64,000 nt of DNA from Squalus acanthias. Taxonomy: Eukaryota. Of the stretch, positions 59,609 to 64,000 are shown in pieces. The notes below the pieces were generated by a model. The model searched no databases and was not told the DNA's origin. It worked only from the letters and a program-made list of their open reading frames with translations. How positions within the stretch are numbered: position 1 is the stretch's first letter; every line of letters starts with the position of its first letter. The stretch covers positions 54,438,001 to 54,502,000 of the forward strand of contig CM059432.1 in assembly GCA_030390025.1 (NCBI GenBank), read 5' to 3'. The position numbers and the translations under genes were made by a program.

Positions 59609-60996
59609 ACAAACTAGCAGATCTCCCATGGTGTTGTTTATGGTGAGTCAGACAATACACTGTTGTATAACAATGGGGGGGTGGGGGTTATGCCATGTAA
59701 GGGATGACATCAGGGCTACTAATTTACAGTAACAATACAGGAACCCAGTTGCACATGAGAGGAAATAATTGCTCATGTTTTTCCTCCCCCAGGTCATTTG
59801 CCTGGCTGGGCCATGTACTTAAACGTCAGACACGAATTCCCATACCTCGGAGATCAGGGCCATCTGGCTGCTACTGTGGAATAGCAGCCCAAAGCCCAAA
59901 GGCCCCAAGTGCCTGAATTCATCCTGGAGCGTGGGTGGGGGGGGGGGTTATTAAAATATTGAACCTGTTTGGGTTTATCTTCAGTCTGGAACCATTGCAG
60001 ACCTAATGTTCAGTGGAGATCTGTGGGCAGACCATAGTGCCAGCTTTTCATGAAGAGCCCTGTGCTGAGGCACCCTTTGAGTGAATCCATCAGAGAATGA
60101 GGTGGGAGGCTAGGTTTACTGGGCCTGGGCCTACTGCAGACACAGACACCTCATAGAGAAGCCTCAGGAAATCTCTGGGAAGGTACAGTGGGGGCCAGAG
60201 ACCTGATTTATTGGGTCTCTGCCCCTTTATCCTCTGCTCTGTACCTGGGAACACCAACAGAATCTGCCACAGGTGTGCAATCAGTACATTCTGTCAGGTT
60301 CTCTCTCTCTCACACACACACACACACGTACAAACAGACATGAATTTTAAATTACAGTATAAACAGTATAAATTTTAATTGATCAAAGGATTTGAAATTT
60401 GCCCACAAGTACTGGTCTTGAATAATTTTCAAAAGTAAAAGTAGCCAAATAAATTTAGTTACAGGCTGGGTTTTTGGCCCCATTATTTTTGCAGTAAATT
60501 TAAATTTGAGCTTTTTGTTGGAAAACTGGCAACAAAGATAAACTGTAAGATTATCACGGATTAGTTGGTTTTTAGAATACTTGTTTTAATATCTTATAAT
60601 CATTAATATCTTATAATCATCAGCAATGGATTTATAATCGTGTGTAAGATTTAAATATAGACGTCTGTAATCATCAACTGTAGTCAATGATAACCTGAAT
60701 TATATATGACATGTACTCTTTTGCTTATAATTAAAAGTCTGTGAGTAAGCTGTAACCCAGACAGCTTGGGGTGAGAAATAGGACTGCCATAGTCGAATAG
60801 GGAAGCTGTTGAGTGAATTAACGAAAGTTGGATATTAGCCAACAGTAAGGATGAGGCATAGAGTGCAGCTAGCCTGGGAACCAAGGTCAGATGTAGTTGT
60901 GACTATGTTGGAATGTTATGATGTCTGCAGTGAGTTAAAAACATAGCCCTTTCACAGGACCAGCAAGGGCATGTATCTCTACAGTATGGAGACATG

Positions 60997-61888
60997 GGGG
61001 GAAAAATTCAGTATCGCCCCATTTGGGGCGCCATTATCGGCCGTGCGCAAAGTTTAGCGCCTGGCGCTAATTATCGCCTCCGACTGCAAATTTGACTTTT
61101 ATCGCCCCTGGAGGTGATTGGAGCGCTAAATCAGGCGCTACACACCTGTCTTAAGGCGCAAAGGCCGAGGAGCGAGGCACTACCTCAGAGCGCTGGCGAA
61201 GCTCATGTGATGTCAGTAAGCAATGGAACACAGACACATTGGCGCCGGCCAGTTCTTAAAGGGGAGGCTCGATCTTGCTCTACATCCACAACCTGCTCAT
61301 TGCAGCCTTGAATCTCGGCCTGTAGAGACCTGTACATCAAATCTGTTGGAAAGAACAATTGAGAGGCCCAGGGAAAGAGCTCAGACTGCAGCCCCCATAT
61401 TCTCTTCCAAATCGATGCAAGGAAGATCAAACCAGAAAGAACCTGCAAAGTGCTGCTCAGTACCCAAAACTCCTCAACACAGCGTTGAATATCTCCTGCA
61501 GTCTCTCTCTCTCACTCAGAATGCGTAGTGCAAAAATGTCGCCGACAAAAAAGGGCAGGAAGTGGTCGCCTTTAAATAGCGCTCCCCCAGTCCCTTCCTG
61601 ACTGCAAAACGCTCCCCTCAACCTGTCGTTGCTAGCAGCAGGCGGTAAGACAGGGGGCGCCAGTCAATATCCGGTCCGGGACGCTACCGGGGCGTTGCAC
61701 TCTCAACTGACGTCACGATCAGCCGGCGCAGGAGATCGTGGCAGTAGTGTTTAGCGCCGCCGCAAAATGTCTAGTTAATTTTGTGAGCGGCGCAAAGATC
61801 GCCGCGCACGGGCGCTAGTTGCTTTGCGCCCCATTAGCACCCTCTTAAGGCGCTAATGGGAGGCGCAATCCAACTGAATTTTTCCCCC
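60997..61888 (+). mobile_element. CpG-rich Harbinger-type MITE (copy 2)
   Basis: Perfect 16-bp TIRs GGGGGAAAAATTCAGT / ACTGAATTTTTCCCCC, TSD ATG. Confidence 0.95.
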
Positions 61889-61947
61889 ATGTTCTTTTGT
61901 GTTGCTATAACTACCTCAGATGGTAGTTGATGGTCAAACACAGATGA

Positions 61948-63036
61948 TGTAAGGGGGTCATAAGACTAGAACCTGTGTAAACCAAGGTGCTGTGGATGTG
62001 GCATATTTATGATTGGATTTTGGGTTTTGGGTGTAAGCCAGTGATTGGTTCAGTAAGACTCCATGGGGGACAAAATTCGATTGCTTTGCGCCTCCTGTTA
62101 GCGCCCTAAGGGGGCGCTAACGGGGCACAAAACAACTAGCGCCCAGGCGCGACACCACTAACATCTCCCACGAAATTCAGCAGGAGGTTAGCGGCGGCAG
62201 TAGCCGGTAGCGCCCCATGGCGCTGCACCTCCGGCGATGACATCATTGCCGTGCGCAGCGCCCCGCTCGCGCCCCGGCCACAAACTTCGGTTGCACCCCC
62301 CACGTACTGCCGGACACTATGTCCGACAGGGTCAGGGGGGGGCGTATGTGTGGCCAGGGCAGCGGTATTATTTTTGCTGGCCGCCTGCCAGCACCTGCCC
62401 CCTCTGCCGTCCCCCTGCCGGCCGCGATCGGGCAGCCCGGCACTCCTCTTGAGTGCTGGGCTCTTTTACCGGCACCCTAATCTTTGGTGGCCCAACTGGG
62501 CCCCGGTTCGTGCAGCGCAATGCCCCTACCCTTTAATAAGGGGAGGAAGGCCAGCAGTACCGCGGCGTGACATGCCGGCACGCCTGGCACTGCAGCATGT
62601 AGCACTGCGATATTGGGCTGGAGCACCCCAAGAGGGAGGGGGAGCGCTTCCAGTAGCGCCCCGCCTCCTGCTTCGGGCGCTACCATCGAACTTCGGGCGC
62701 GGGGGCGTGACCCAATTTTTGCCCCCATAGGTTTTGAATGAGAATAAGGATATAAGAAGGGGCTCTCAACAGCCACAAAGAGTAGAAGATTTCAGGAAGA
62801 ATCAAGGAGACACCCAGGAGACAAAGAGAGACGAGAGACAAGAGACACAGGATGCAGCTTACTCACGGTTGTGGCTTCTACCCAGGGGTAATACAAGTCT
62901 CAATTACTCTCTGTAAATTGCTGCTCGATTACTGTAACATATTAAGTCTTGCTTGTGCTGAATAAAGTTAAATCACTGTCCCCAATACAGGTCAACCTCG
63001 AATCATTTGGAATCAGGGTCCCTCTGGGATTCTACA
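61948..63036 (+). mobile_element. Solo LTR-like element interrupted by a MITE
   Basis: TGTAAG..CTACA termini, TATAAG at ~62751, AATAAA at 62961; no TSD seen. Confidence 0.55.
62065..62725 (-). mobile_element. CpG-rich Harbinger-type MITE
   Basis: TIRs GGGGGACAAAATT / AATTTTTGCCCC, TSD CAT; left end is the reverse complement of the right end of 60997-61888. Confidence 0.88.
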
Positions 63037-63469
63037 AAACTTATTATGATAATATGGAATGTATTGCATATAGAGTTTGAACATGTGCACACCCCCCACC
63101 CCCAACCTCACTTTTAACACATACATTTAAACAATACTAAGTTGCTAACCTATTTTATTTACTACAACAGCTGCTGGGAAGGGAGTGAGAGGAAATTAAA
63201 GAGTGGCAGTCAGAAGCTGCTTTTATATTGGTTTTGTGGCATGCTACTGCCATCAGCTCCCAGTGCGTGGGTCTTGCTTAGCCGGTGGAAACTCCCAGGT
63301 AAATTTGCCTGATTCCCTGAGGCCAGTGACTCAATCCTCCCTCTAATCCTATTTTTTTCAGAGAAGCACATTTTTTCAAGCCTGTACAATAATAAGTTTG
63401 ATTGCACAGCAGTCAGTAGATCTTACTTGTCTTCTGAAAAGTTCAGTTTACTCACAGGAATATTTTGTA

Positions 63470-63615
63470 GAATCATAATCTTACAGCACAGAAGACGACC
63501 ATTCGGCCTGTCGTGTCTATGCCGGCCCTTTGAAAGAACTGTCCAATTTAGTCCCACACCTCAGCTTTTTTCCCATAACTCCGCAAATTAGTTCTCTTAA
63601 AGTACATGTCTAACT
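63470..63615 (-). mobile_element. Old CR1 3' tail fragment
   Basis: AGAATCATA..ACAGCACAGAAG..CCATTCGGCC pattern, reverse complement of tails like 6870-6930. Confidence 0.6.
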
Positions 63616-64000
63616 TGGAAGGAAATATGGGTTTAGAATGTATTTGGGGAAACTGGGCCAAAAGAATTAAAAATTGCAGCCCTGCCTAGAACAGAGGATT
63701 CACCTTAAACTACTACAATTGATAATCGGCTTTTCCAGACTACCGAGTATTCTATTTATTCCTTTGTCCAATTTACAATCTCTTTAATCTTTAATTAGTT
63801 TATAATATTGGACCTTGGTAGACTACATTTAGCTTCGATAGGCCACAATTACATTCATTCCTCTAAGTAAATTAGTAAAGAGAACAATGTTTTGAGACTT
63901 GATTGCAGTCAGTAAGGCCATTAGTTTCAAGGTCTGCAGGATGGGCCATTAACCCAGAGACAATAGAAGCTTGTGATGAGACTGAAGACAGAGATAAGAG

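Noticed and set aside
62237..62776. Overlapping GC-rich ORFs / CpG island of a host gene
   Set aside because: Contained within a TIR/TSD-bounded MITE; stop-poor because of GC content

Overview
Eukaryotic, repeat-saturated genomic DNA, almost certainly from a cartilaginous fish (shark/ray). The evidence is HE1-type V-SINEs, HER1-type CR1 LINEs and a SacSINE1-like DeuSINE. No intact host protein-coding gene could be identified, and nearly all ORF-track calls are transposon fragments or their antisense shadows. Contents: (i) two CR1-clade LINE families. Family A is two-ORF (ORF1 zinc-finger/coiled-coil/SGNH esterase, ORF2 APE-RT). Family B is a ~3.3 kb single-ORF APE-RT LINE whose 5' end is a tRNA-derived Pol III-type head plus a SINE 'Meta'-like body instead of an ORF1, seen in two long copies and one internally deleted copy; this is the most interesting observation. 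(ii) A large set of PIF/Harbinger elements: decayed two-gene elements (DDE transposase plus spliced Myb/SANT gene), core-deleted derivatives and CpG-rich MITEs with readable TIRs and 3-bp TSDs. (iii) Several solo LTRs. (iv) A Penelope insertion with inverted pseudo-LTR and minimal hammerhead ribozymes. (v) L2, SINEs and deep nesting. A few splice-signal-flanked micro-exon candidates in the unique DNA hint that the window may be intronic. Family names are from recalled sequence similarity, not database searches; coordinates without a stated TSD are approximate.
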